From a bacterium (GTDB lineage: Bacteria > UBA8248), in NCBI GenBank assembly GCA_963692865.2, contig OY843592.1:320001-384000 (forward strand): a stretch of DNA of 64,000 nucleotides. The letters run 5' to 3'. Under the pieces are notes generated by a model, which did no database searches, was not told the DNA's origin, and saw nothing but the letters and a program-made list of their open reading frames with translations. The translations under genes and the position numbers were made by a program. This document shows, piece by piece, positions 38,013-47,779 of the stretch. Every line of letters begins with the position of its first letter. Position 1 is the first letter of the stretch.

Positions 38013-39191
38013 TTATTTCTTGGGTTCGAGAAGTTTTCTCAAGCCCTTCACTTCCTTCTTCTTGTCGTCCCCTTTCTCTGCGTTCACAAAACCCGCAACG
38101 TAGAGATCCCGCAAAATCTCTGTATCGCGCGAATCCTCGAACAAAATTTCCTTATTGGTCTGCACCCCATATTCAAGCAGGACCCTCTTGACGTAATCTA
38201 CATCGGCCGGTTTATTTTTCGTCGGTTTCGCCGACTGAAAATCTCCCTTCTTTTCCGTCAATCGCGGCAGAAAGTAGATTACCGGTGTCCCTTTTTTGAC
38301 ATTGATGATGTTCTTCAATTTTTCAATATCCGAATTGAAACATATTTTTTCAAAACCCCGATCATAAGTAGTACCGACATACCATGGGGTCGTGTTGTTA
38401 CCGATCCGCATTCCAACCACATATACACCACAAGTGGTGTTCAACTGCTTTTGTTCCTTTCCAAGAATACTACTCCATGTCTCTTCGACCTTAATGGCCC
38501 TTTCTTTGACCTTGTTAGGGTTCTTCATCAGAACGTCATGTGGACCATGTACGTCATATCGGAATTTCACTTCTTCGTGCCCGGTTACTTCAGCGGGTTC
38601 ATGCTTTATTCCAAATACGCCTTTGAGTTTGTCCACGCTCGGCGATGGATAATTTCTCGTATTCAAAAAACCCCGTATGGAAGTTTCCTTAATCATTTTC
38701 GTCATCGCTTTATTCAAAAGATCGTTATTTGCCGACAACGATTGCTGAATAAACATTTCTTCGACGAATCTCACCCCCAAGAACTCTTCCTGATTCGATG
38801 CCGGAGGAGAAAATCTTTCATTCTTATCATCAACTCGATCAACTCGCGCCAACAAGTACAAAAAAGGACGCCCCTCTCCGCCGTATTTGTTAATCAAGAT
38901 GCTGTTGTAATAATAAAGGTTCTTGAAATTGAAACATTCTTTTTTGAATGTAAGCTTCTCAGCTTTTCCCACATACCAAGGCAGTGTCTGTGCGGCCGTT
39001 CCTTTCATTCTGCCTTCTACGCCACGCATTCCGAAGAGATAAACGCCGCAAGCATCCGGCAAATCATATTCCTCCTCGCGGCCTCTCCGGCGGATTTTTT
39101 CCCAAAAACTATCCGTGTCTTCTCTATCGATCCAATTGGAATAGCCTTTATCGACTCCAATGTCATACGGACCATAAACCTTGAAGCGCAT
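38013..39191 (-). CDS. AT-rich hypothetical protein made of two tandem GIY-YIG-like domains
   Basis: Internal duplication: CGVYLFGMR..PWYVGK..CFN and CGVYVVGMR..PWYVGT..CFN. Confidence 0.7.
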   Translation of the reverse strand: MRFKVYGPYDIGVDKGYSNWIDREDTDSFWEKIRRRGREEEYDLPDACGVYLFGMRGVEGRMKGTAAQTLPWYVGKAEKLTFKKECFNFKNLYYYNSILINKYGGEGRPFLYLLARVDRVDDKNERFSPPASNQEEFLGVRFVEEMFIQQSLSANNDLLNKAMTKMIKETSIRGFLNTRNYPSPSVDKLKGVFGIKHEPAEVTGHEEVKFRYDVHGPHDVLMKNPNKVKERAIKVEETWSSILGKEQKQLNTTCGVYVVGMRIGNNTTPWYVGTTYDRGFEKICFNSDIEKLKNIINVKKGTPVIYFLPRLTEKKGDFQSAKPTKNKPADVDYVKRVLLEYGVQTNKEILFEDSRDTEILRDLYVAGFVNAEKGDDKKKEVKGLRKLLEPKK

Positions 39192-39426
39192 TCGCTCTCC
39201 TTTCCGGCATGGGATTTTAGGGGGATTATATACAAGAAAATGGCGTAAAAGGCATCCCGCAATCCTTGCGGGGGTTCCCGCCCGTTCCCGTAGGGAGCGG
39301 CCTCGTATTCAGCAGGCGAGCCGACTCTCCGGCAACTGCGCTTGTCGCTTCACGAGGATAATTTTGCAGATTTGCAAACGGATTGTCGGTGTGTTAGCAA
39401 AAAAGAACACGATAGGGGGCTCAGAC

Positions 39427-39600
39427 ATGGACGAAGAAATCAGGCAGGAATTCAAGAAACTTCACGAACGACTCAACGAAATCCACGAAGAAAACAACCA
39501 CTGGCATAATAAAATATATCAGCAGAATATAGGCAGAGACGCCAAAATCGAAGCGCTGGAAGAAAGGGTGTCCAGCATTGAAAGAGTCGTTTTTTCTTGA
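39427..39600 (+). CDS. Small predicted coiled-coil protein (57 aa)
   Basis: MDEEIRQEFKKLHERLNEI...IEALEERVSSIE heptad pattern; GGGGG RBS-like element. Confidence 0.55.
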   Translation: MDEEIRQEFKKLHERLNEIHEENNHWHNKIYQQNIGRDAKIEALEERVSSIERVVFS

Positions 39601-39734
39601 GGGATCAGGGTAAAGGGCCGGGCGGCGTCATGCGATACGCCGTCAAGGCGGCAAGGATCGCCACCGGGAAAATCACCGAATCTTGAATCGACAGGCAAAA
39701 GATTGCTCGCGAGGGCGGCAAGGTCCATACCGGA

Positions 39735-40355
39735 TCACGGAACCCACCGCCGCGCTTCTTCCCGGATGGCCCGCGCCTTGTCGGTCCCTTCCATCACCAG
39801 GTTGTCTGACGGCGGGCTGCCGCTGAATTTCTCGTTGCGCCAGCAGTGGTAGCGAAGCGCTTTTGGATACGGCGTCAGGTCCATCGCCTCGAAATAAGAC
39901 GCGGGCACTTCGCCCGGCTTGTGGGGGTCCATGCGGTCTTTCTCGTAGATCATCGTGCGCTTGATGACGCGCCACCGCCCGTCCCTGCGCTCGAACAGAT
40001 CCACCACGCTGCTCCAGGTCGAGAAGTCGAAATCATAGCCGTCCATCGTCCGCCTCTGGTGGAGGGTGAGGTAATACTCGCACACGCCGCGCTCCCCACT
40101 TATTCGAGTACGCGCGTTGCCCGCGACGTGTTTCTGGGAGTCGTCGGGATGGTGGCCGCCCATCATATCGCGCGATTCGGTGATGAACGCATGCGCGTTG
40201 CCCATGAACCACGAGGTGGTGATGTCCGCATCCGGGTGAAAGCAATCCAGCAGTCCGTCCCAGTCGCCCGTATCCCGGCAGACGTGCGAGAACATGGCGA
40301 CCTCCATCATTTCGAGTTTGTCCGCCGCCGCGCGCAGCCTCGCTTCTTCGCTCAT
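39735..40355 (-). CDS. SnoaL-like / NTF2 family protein
   Basis: RDTGDWDGLLDCFHPDA, DLFERRDGRWRVIKR..YEKDR. Confidence 0.85.
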   Translation of the reverse strand: MSEEARLRAAADKLEMMEVAMFSHVCRDTGDWDGLLDCFHPDADITTSWFMGNAHAFITESRDMMGGHHPDDSQKHVAGNARTRISGERGVCEYYLTLHQRRTMDGYDFDFSTWSSVVDLFERRDGRWRVIKRTMIYEKDRMDPHKPGEVPASYFEAMDLTPYPKALRYHCWRNEKFSGSPPSDNLVMEGTDKARAIREEARRWVP

Positions 40356-40427
40356 TCAATCGTCTCCTTCCGCGTGCCCTCGCCCGCCAATAGATGTTGG
40401 CCAAAAACACCTTCGCCGGGGCATCAC

Positions 40428-40717
40428 CTTTACCCCCTTGTCGGGGCTGTTGAAAAAGACCCGCCGAGGCGACCCCCGGTTTTCGCCTTTGCTCGTCATT
40501 CCGGCGAATGCTGGTGACAACCGACAGGTTGGCCAGAACCGATGCGAGAATCGGAGTCCGTGGAATCCTGCCGCCTGCGACGGATCGACGTATTTCCGCA
40601 TATCTTCCATTCGAGTCCGCTCTGGATTCCGTCGAACCCTCCCGTCTTGGTCGGCTCCGACACCGGAATGACGGTTGATAATCCCGATTGTAGGGGCTTC
40701 TTCAACACCGCCCCTAC
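40428..40717. repeat. TIR-headed mosaic repeat
   Basis: CCCCCTTGTC followed by GGGGCTGTTGAAAAA; expanded family B REP matching 14333-14386 in reverse. Confidence 0.75.
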
Positions 40718-42498
40718 AAAACGGTTCGCTCGCCGATGGCCGGCTCTCCGTGCCCCAGACCGGGAAGCTCCCAGGCGCCGGCGCCCACCGGGTTCCCCTC
40801 TCCCTGGATGTTCGCGTCGATCACGTAGGGACGCCCGGCCTTCACCGCCGCATCCACCGCCTCGCTCAAATCGGCCGCCTTGTCCACCCGCACGCCCGTG
40901 ATGCCGGCGGACTCCGCCATGGCGGCGAAATCGGGATTATACGGCGTAGCGGAGGCGTGCTCCTGGAAATCGGTGGCCAACTCCCGGCCGCCCAGGTAGC
41001 CCCGCTGAAGCCCCCGGATGGAGGCGAAGGCGTAGTTGTTCCAGACGACCCAGACGGCGGGTATGTCGTATTCCACCGCCGTGGTGATGGCGCTCAGGTG
41101 CATGGCGAAAGCGCCGTCCCCGCACACCGAGACGCAGGGCCTCTCCGGCGCGGCCAGCTTGGCGCCCAGCACGCCCGCCACGCCGAAGCCCATCGCTCCG
41201 AATCCCATGGAGCCGATGAGCGATTGCGGCCCCTTGGGGCGGCAGCACTGGAGCAGCCAGTTGTGGTGGACGCCGACGTCGCTGATGAGGATGGCGTCAT
41301 CCGGCAGGGCCCTGTCGATCTCATAAGCCGCCCGCTGGGGGTGGATGGGCTCGGTGTCCTCCCGGTAGCCGGGCGCGGTGAACTCCTCCCACTCGTTTCG
41401 CCAGCCGTCGATCTCCCGGAGCCAGTCCGCCCGCGCCGGGGGGATTTCCGCGTCTTCCGCACCGAGCGCTTCGTTCACCTGATCGAGAAAGACGTCCACG
41501 TCCGCCATGAGGCCTAAGGCTACGGGGTAGTTCCGCGCGATCTCCTCGGGGTCGATATCCACATGGATCAGCTTCGTCGGCGGGATGTTGAAAGAATATC
41601 CCGGCAGCCAGCTGCTCGAGGTGCGATCGTCGAAGCGGACGCCGAGCGCGAGCAGTACGTCCGCCTGTCGCGCTGCGTGGTTCGCAGGATAAGTCCCGTT
41701 TCTGGCGATGAGTCCCAAGGCCAAGGGATGACTCGCGTCGATGGCCCCCATCCCGCTCGATGAGCACGCCACGGGAATGTTCAGCTTCTCGGCGAGCGCG
41801 ACCATCTTCGCCGCCGCGCCCGCGTATTTCACGCCCTGCCCCACCAGGATCACGGGCCGCTCGGCGGTCGAGAGCATCTGGACGGCCTTTTTCACCCCTT
41901 CGGGGTCCGCCCCGCAGCGGCAGGAGACGTTCGCGTTCCACTCAGACGCCTGCGGCATATCGACCTCGGTTTCCTCCTTGAAGACGTCGAACGGCACGTC
42001 GAGCACGACGGGACCGCGCCTGCCCGTCATCATCGTCTTCCACGCCTGGCGCGTGAACTGCGGCACCATCTCCGCCCGCGTGGGCTGGTACACCCGCTTG
42101 CAGTAGGCCTGCACGGTCGAGGGAAAATCCGCCTGGTAGTGGCGGTAGGTCTCCTGGAACGCGCCCCGGTTGAACTGGTTGGTGGGGACGTTGCCCGTCA
42201 CGGCCAGGAAGGGGACCGAATCGAAAAAGGCGTTGGCCAGGGAAATCGGCATGTTGGCCGAACCCGGCCCGCAGGAGGTGAACGTCGCCACCGGCCTGCC
42301 CGCCACGCGGTAATAGGCGTCAGCCATGAAGCCGGAGAGCGACTCGTGGCGCACCGAGAGCGTCTTGATCTCATCAGCGCGCTCATGGAGCGCGTCCAGG
42401 AAACTGATGTTCCCGTGTCCGCACAAGCCGAAGACGTAGGGAACATTTTCCTGAATCAGGTAATCGACGATGATCTGGCCACCATTCATGCGGGTCAA
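40714..42498 (-). CDS. Thiamine pyrophosphate-binding protein (acetolactate synthase-like)
   Basis: FGLCGHGN, RHE, GPGSAN, GRRGPVVLDVP, GDGAFAM..WNN. Confidence 0.92.
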   Translation of the reverse strand: MTRMNGGQIIVDYLIQENVPYVFGLCGHGNISFLDALHERADEIKTLSVRHESLSGFMADAYYRVAGRPVATFTSCGPGSANMPISLANAFFDSVPFLAVTGNVPTNQFNRGAFQETYRHYQADFPSTVQAYCKRVYQPTRAEMVPQFTRQAWKTMMTGRRGPVVLDVPFDVFKEETEVDMPQASEWNANVSCRCGADPEGVKKAVQMLSTAERPVILVGQGVKYAGAAAKMVALAEKLNIPVACSSSGMGAIDASHPLALGLIARNGTYPANHAARQADVLLALGVRFDDRTSSSWLPGYSFNIPPTKLIHVDIDPEEIARNYPVALGLMADVDVFLDQVNEALGAEDAEIPPARADWLREIDGWRNEWEEFTAPGYREDTEPIHPQRAAYEIDRALPDDAILISDVGVHHNWLLQCCRPKGPQSLIGSMGFGAMGFGVAGVLGAKLAAPERPCVSVCGDGAFAMHLSAITTAVEYDIPAVWVVWNNYAFASIRGLQRGYLGGRELATDFQEHASATPYNPDFAAMAESAGITGVRVDKAADLSEAVDAAVKAGRPYVIDANIQGEGNPVGAGAWELPGLGHGEPAIGERTVL

Positions 42499-42611
42499 AA
42501 TGCGGCTCCTCAGGAGAGAATCGGGAAACTACCGGGGACGCATCGCCCGGAAAACAAAGAGCGACACATCAGATCTTGACCGGGATGATGCGGAAACATG
42601 AACGCCCGGAG

Positions 42612-43514
42612 TTACCAGCCTGACGGCTCGCTCTCGAAAATCCCGAGCGATTCGAGCGTCTTTTTCGTGTGGGCCTTGGCGTCATCGTCTGGCGGCAGAA
42701 TGGGTTTTCGCGTCTCCCCGACGGGCCGGCCCATGAGTTCCATCGCGTACTTGACGGTTGCGGGGTAGTTCGCCTGCAACAAGTGCAGGAGCACGTCCAT
42801 CTTGTATTGCAGGGCGCGCGCTTTGTCGTAATCTCCCGAGGCGCAGGCCTCATACAAGGACAGAACCATCCTCGGAGCGACCTCCCCGCAATTGGAGAAC
42901 GACCCCGAGCCGCCGACGGGAATCGACGTGAGCAGCCATTCGATTCCGGTGAAGACCGAGAAATCCGCGCGAGCGGCCGAAGCGATGCGGCATGCGCCCG
43001 TAAAATAGTTCATGTCGAAACTGGCGTCTTTCAAGGCGTGTAAGTTCGGGAGTTTTTCGAGCATCTCTTCCAGCATGTCGTGGGAGATGGTCACCTGGAG
43101 CCTGGGGTTGTTGTAGGCGATCATCGCGACATCAACGCACTTGCCCATCGTGAGGAAATAATCCAGATGGGCTTCGTCATCAGGCGCCCAATGATAAGGC
43201 GAGAGCACGACGATTCCCGTTGCGCCGATTGCCTCGGAGTGCCTCGCCAAATCAATGGAAATATCCGGTCCCGAAGAGGTCACGTTCACGAATACGGGCG
43301 CGCGGCCCGCCGCAGCGTCCACCAGCAGACGCGCCAATTCCTTGCGTTCGCGCTCGCTCAGGTTCAAGGACTCGCCGATGTGCATGGGATGGGCGATGAA
43401 GGGAAAACCCTGTTCGATCAGAAAATCGACTTGCCTGGCGAAAGTGTCGTAATCAACGGCGCCGTCGGGCCCAAACGCCGTCGTGGGCGCTCCCATGATG
43501 CCCTTGAGCTTCAT
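42612..43514 (-). CDS. Dihydrodipicolinate synthase family protein
   Basis: GESLNLSERER, YNNP, ALKDAS Schiff-base Lys; start MKLKG after GGGAGGGAGG. Confidence 0.9.
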   Translation of the reverse strand: MKLKGIMGAPTTAFGPDGAVDYDTFARQVDFLIEQGFPFIAHPMHIGESLNLSERERKELARLLVDAAAGRAPVFVNVTSSGPDISIDLARHSEAIGATGIVVLSPYHWAPDDEAHLDYFLTMGKCVDVAMIAYNNPRLQVTISHDMLEEMLEKLPNLHALKDASFDMNYFTGACRIASAARADFSVFTGIEWLLTSIPVGGSGSFSNCGEVAPRMVLSLYEACASGDYDKARALQYKMDVLLHLLQANYPATVKYAMELMGRPVGETRKPILPPDDDAKAHTKKTLESLGIFESEPSGW

Positions 43515-43595
43515 TCGGCCTCCCTCCCTCGGGTGGTGGATTCCGAAACCCATGCGCTCCAGGCGCCTTTCTGTCTCCGAGTCTCGTTCTCTTTA

Positions 43596-45356
43596 TTAGA
43601 CCGAGAGCTCTTCCATGCTTCCGAGTTTCCTGAAGACAATCGTTCCCAGCAGGAGGAGCGCAGTCTGAACGAGAGCGAACGCCGCCACGACGCCCAAAGC
43701 CTCGTTTTCCTGCAAGATGTAGAGCGCCACCGCCATGGGAGCGCTGTCTTCCGTCGCCAGGAGCACCGACACCGGCAATTCCCTGATGAACATGATGAAC
43801 AACATCAGATAAGCCGCAAAGATGCCCGGCCTCAAGAGCGGCACCGTGATCTTCTTTATCGTGGCGACGAACGAGGAGCCGCAGATTCTGGCGCTTTCTT
43901 CGAGTTCGGAGCTCAGCGATTGGAGCACCGAAGATATTGTTCTGAGACCATAGGGCAGATAGCGCGTCATATACGCCATCATGAGCAATAGCATGGGCAA
44001 CGCATAAAGCGGCGTCTTGATCCAAGTGATGAGAAAAGCCATGCCCATGATGAGGCCCGGCACGCCGATAGGCAGGGTGCTCAGGTAATCGACCGCGCCG
44101 CTGAGCTTCTTGTTCCTGCCCCTGAGAATCACCATGGAGAGGAACGTGCACAGCACCACAGTGATGAACCCTCCCACCAACCCGAGGATGAGACTGTTCT
44201 TGGTGGCGCGGACGGCGTACTCGTATTCAAACAAAACATACGCCCAGTTGTAGATGGAAAGTTGGCTCCAGCGGAATCCGCCCAGCCAGGCGCGGTTGAA
44301 CGACGCCAGCATGAGCGCTCCCAGCGGGAGGATGACCGCCAGAAGAACGTAAAAACAATTGAAAGCGAGCGCGACGTATTTCCAGTGTCCCAAAGAAACG
44401 CGGCTGGGGCGGTAGCCTTTCCCCGTCACGGTCACGTAACTTCTCGGCGCGATAATCTTTCTCTGGATATAGAGTCCCAGCGCGGTAAACACCATCAGGA
44501 CGCTTCCCAGCGCCGCCGCCCCGCCGATGTCCAGGGGGTATTCCTCCATCTTCGTATAAATGATCGTCGAGAGCGTCGATATTCTCGCGATAGGCCCCAG
44601 CAGGCTTGGCACGCCGAAAACACCCATGCTCACCACGAAAACGATGATCGCTCCGGAGAGCATCGCAGGCGTGGAAAGCGGAATCGTCACCCTCAGGGCC
44701 GTACGCAAAACGCCGGTCCCGCATACCCGCGCGGACTCCTCGAGGGCCGGGTCCATCCGATTCAGGGAGCCTATCGTAAACAGATACATGTAGGGCGTAT
44801 AAAACAGCGCCATCACCATGACGATCCCGGTCATCGAATAGATGTTGAAAGGCGGGGCCGACAACCCGAAGAGATCGATCATCCAGCGGTTCAACATGCC
44901 CGTCCTCGGGGCGGCCAGCGCCCACCAAGCGACGGCCCCCAGGAAGGAAGACAGAAAGAAGGGGATCAGGGTCAACGCCTCCAGAATCCTCCGGAAAGGC
45001 ATATCGGTCCGCGCATGGAACCAGGCGAGCGAAACGCCCGTCAGACAAGAGAATACCGATGTTCCCAACGCAATGATCAGGGTATTCAGCGAAGCGTCGA
45101 ACACTTCGGAAGTGGAAAAGGTCTTCGTGAAGTTCGTGAACGTGAATATGGACTTTCCGGATTCGGGGTGGGTCACGAACGCGCTGTAGAGAAACACGGA
45201 TACCGGCAGGATGGCGAGAACGGTGAGCAGACCGAGGGAACCCAGTTTCAGCGTGTTTTCAGAGTTGAAAAAACGCCCCGCGGGAGCGGAGGCCGAAGCG
45301 GCCGGTTTCGCTCCGGCGCCTCGGGCCTCCAACTCCGTTTTTGATACGTTGCTCAA
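43596..45356 (-). CDS. Iron(III)/thiamine-type ABC permease (FbpB-like)
   Basis: Two EAA loops (LEESARVCG, LEESARICG); many TM segments. Confidence 0.9.
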   Translation of the reverse strand: MSNVSKTELEARGAGAKPAASASAPAGRFFNSENTLKLGSLGLLTVLAILPVSVFLYSAFVTHPESGKSIFTFTNFTKTFSTSEVFDASLNTLIIALGTSVFSCLTGVSLAWFHARTDMPFRRILEALTLIPFFLSSFLGAVAWWALAAPRTGMLNRWMIDLFGLSAPPFNIYSMTGIVMVMALFYTPYMYLFTIGSLNRMDPALEESARVCGTGVLRTALRVTIPLSTPAMLSGAIIVFVVSMGVFGVPSLLGPIARISTLSTIIYTKMEEYPLDIGGAAALGSVLMVFTALGLYIQRKIIAPRSYVTVTGKGYRPSRVSLGHWKYVALAFNCFYVLLAVILPLGALMLASFNRAWLGGFRWSQLSIYNWAYVLFEYEYAVRATKNSLILGLVGGFITVVLCTFLSMVILRGRNKKLSGAVDYLSTLPIGVPGLIMGMAFLITWIKTPLYALPMLLLMMAYMTRYLPYGLRTISSVLQSLSSELEESARICGSSFVATIKKITVPLLRPGIFAAYLMLFIMFIRELPVSVLLATEDSAPMAVALYILQENEALGVVAAFALVQTALLLLGTIVFRKLGSMEELSV

Positions 45357-45384
45357 TGCCTGACCCCTCGGGTATTACGCATCG

Positions 45385-46533
45385 CTATTTCTTCGTCCCC
45401 GATCCGAACACTTCGATGAATTCCGCCTTCCATTTCTTCACGTCCGAGGGCGTGATTTTGCTCCAGTCGGTCGGGATGACGTTGATCTTGTCGATGGGCG
45501 GCGCGATGCCGTCTTTCGCCAGGATGAGCTTGTTGATCTTCTCATCCTTGTGCGGCGGCAGCGGCCTGCCGGAATTGAGCGGATTATAGTTGAGGAGCAT
45601 GTGGTGGCCTCTTACGCTCCGCCAGTAATCGACGAACAGCTTCGCCATGTTGGGGTTTTTCGCTTTCGCCATGATCACGGAACCGATGGGAAGCGCGACT
45701 ACGCCTTCTTTGGGGTAGATGGGGTCCATCTTCACACCGGCTTTCTTCGCAATCCAGTTGTGCCTGGCCATAATCGTCGTTCCGAGCCAGTATTCCCCCG
45801 CCATGAGGGAGCGTCTCTGCGCGGAGCCTCTCGCCATCACGCCGGCGCCTGCGGCGCTTAATTTCTGAAAGTAGCTCTTTGGCAGCCGCTCGCGAAGTCC
45901 CTTGTACCAAAGCGTGTACGTCTCGGAGGGCCTCGCATCGCCGACCAGCACCTTGCCCTTGAACTCGGGTCTCAGCAAATCGTACCAACTCGTCAGCTTG
46001 ACGTTGCCCGCCAAATCTCGGTTGACGGCCATCGTGTTGATTTGCCCATCGGACACCCAGTAGCCGTCACCGTTCATGTTCGCTTTTTCCGCCAGGTTGT
46101 AATGCTTGTCTTCCGGCGAGACGTATTTCATCAAATGCCCGCGCCGCTTCATCGAGTGCAGCCAGGAGGCCGCAGCCAGCACGACCACATCCACGGAAAG
46201 CTTGTTGGCCTTGATCTCCTGCTCGAAACGCTTGATGAGCGTACCGGAGCGCCTGTTGGCGAAACGGAATTTCACCTTCGGCAGTCCGTAGAGTTTCTTG
46301 AAGGCCTTTTCCATCGCTTTGGCCGCTTTCACGGGAGCAAGGTTCGTGGCCCAGGAGAAATTGCCTTCTTTTCTGGCGCCTTCAATCAATTTTGCCACGC
46401 GGGCTTTTTCCGCGCCTTTGAGTTCTTTCAGGATGGGCGCCTCTGCAGCGTGGGCGGGACCGCCCAGCGTGAACGTATATGCCAGTAATACCGCCACTCC
46501 AAGTGTGCAAATCAATCTTGTTTTCATCAACAT
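45385..46533 (-). CDS. ABC substrate-binding protein (Fe3+/polyamine-type fold)
   Basis: Signal peptide; ARKEG, SWYDLLRPEFKGK, YPKEG, AKNPNMAKLFVDY. Confidence 0.87.
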   Translation of the reverse strand: MLMKTRLICTLGVAVLLAYTFTLGGPAHAAEAPILKELKGAEKARVAKLIEGARKEGNFSWATNLAPVKAAKAMEKAFKKLYGLPKVKFRFANRRSGTLIKRFEQEIKANKLSVDVVVLAAASWLHSMKRRGHLMKYVSPEDKHYNLAEKANMNGDGYWVSDGQINTMAVNRDLAGNVKLTSWYDLLRPEFKGKVLVGDARPSETYTLWYKGLRERLPKSYFQKLSAAGAGVMARGSAQRRSLMAGEYWLGTTIMARHNWIAKKAGVKMDPIYPKEGVVALPIGSVIMAKAKNPNMAKLFVDYWRSVRGHHMLLNYNPLNSGRPLPPHKDEKINKLILAKDGIAPPIDKINVIPTDWSKITPSDVKKWKAEFIEVFGSGTKK

Positions 46534-46599
46534 TTCTCCCAAGGAAATAGTAAAGAAAAAACCGGTTCCGCGCAGGAAAGCATTCGGTATGCCCTCCCT

Positions 46600-47694
46600 T
46601 CAATCACGCAACACCACGCACCTTGAGGGAGATATGCTCATGGTTGCGGGCTGACCAACCAGAATCTCCGCATCGCCACGAACGTGCACCCTCAATTCCA
46701 GACTGCCCGATTGAACCAGGCAATCCCAGGATTGCCCCAGATAAACGGCATCGCTTACCTGGCCCTTCAAAACGTTGTTGTCGTTCGGCCCGTCATCTGC
46801 GAATTCGATGTATTCGGGCCGAACGGTGACCAGCAGATCGGATCCGACCGGAATATCGCGCTCGATCCCTTTCGCGCAGAGGATTTTCGATTCCAGGGAC
46901 GGGACTTCCACCCAAAGGCCTTTACTGTCGTCTCTTTCAGCCGCTTTGCCTTCGAGAATGTTCGTCACGCCGATGAAATCGGCGACGAAACTGTTGGCCG
47001 GTTCGTTGTATGTGGCGTGCGGGTCCCCTTCCTGTTGTATCTTTCCATCTCTCATGACGATGATCCGATCGCTCATCACCATGGCTTCGGCCTGATCGTG
47101 AGTGACGTAAATGGCCGTCAGTTTGAGTTCCTTGATCAGGTTGGCCAATTCGACCCGCATGCGTTCACGCAGCTTCGCATCGAGGTTGCTCAGCGGCTCA
47201 TCGAAAAGAAGAACGCGCGGGTTGTAGGCCAACGCGCGGGCGAGGGATACCCGCTGCTGTTGTCCTCCGGAGAGTTTCGTGGCGTTTCTTTCGCCCAGAC
47301 CGCTCAAGCCGACGAGTTCGAGCGCATTGACGACCTTTTCGTTCACTTCAGCGCGACTCGCCCCCTGGGCCTGAATGCCGTAAGCGACGTTCTCTGAAAC
47401 CGACATGTGGGGCCATATGGCGTAAGACTGAAACACCATGCCGAGGCGGCGCTTCTCGGGCGGCAGGCAAACTCCGTTGCGGCTCGAAGTGAACACTTCG
47501 TCCGCGATGAGGATGTCTCCCTCATCAGGGGTTTCGAGTCCTGCAATGCAGCGAAGCGTCGTCGTCTTCCCGCACCCGCTCGGACCCAGCAGGGTCACGA
47601 ATTCACCCTCTCCCACGGTGAAGCTGACGTTATCCACCGCCAGGGTTTCCGTACCGAAGCGTTTCACCAAGTCCTTTACGACTACTTCCGCCAT
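46600..47694 (-). CDS. ABC ATP-binding protein (PotA/FbpC-like)
   Basis: [26 protein letters not shown]-terminal TOBE-like region. Confidence 0.94.
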   Translation of the reverse strand: MAEVVVKDLVKRFGTETLAVDNVSFTVGEGEFVTLLGPSGCGKTTTLRCIAGLETPDEGDILIADEVFTSSRNGVCLPPEKRRLGMVFQSYAIWPHMSVSENVAYGIQAQGASRAEVNEKVVNALELVGLSGLGERNATKLSGGQQQRVSLARALAYNPRVLLFDEPLSNLDAKLRERMRVELANLIKELKLTAIYVTHDQAEAMVMSDRIIVMRDGKIQQEGDPHATYNEPANSFVADFIGVTNILEGKAAERDDSKGLWVEVPSLESKILCAKGIERDIPVGSDLLVTVRPEYIEFADDGPNDNNVLKGQVSDAVYLGQSWDCLVQSGSLELRVHVRGDAEILVGQPATMSISPSRCVVLRD

Positions 47695-47779
47695 GCAGAG
47701 GTCCTATTCATAAGTGCCATGTATGTATTGGTAATACGTTCATCCTATTTCATATCCATCAAGAATGTAAGTCGTGCGG

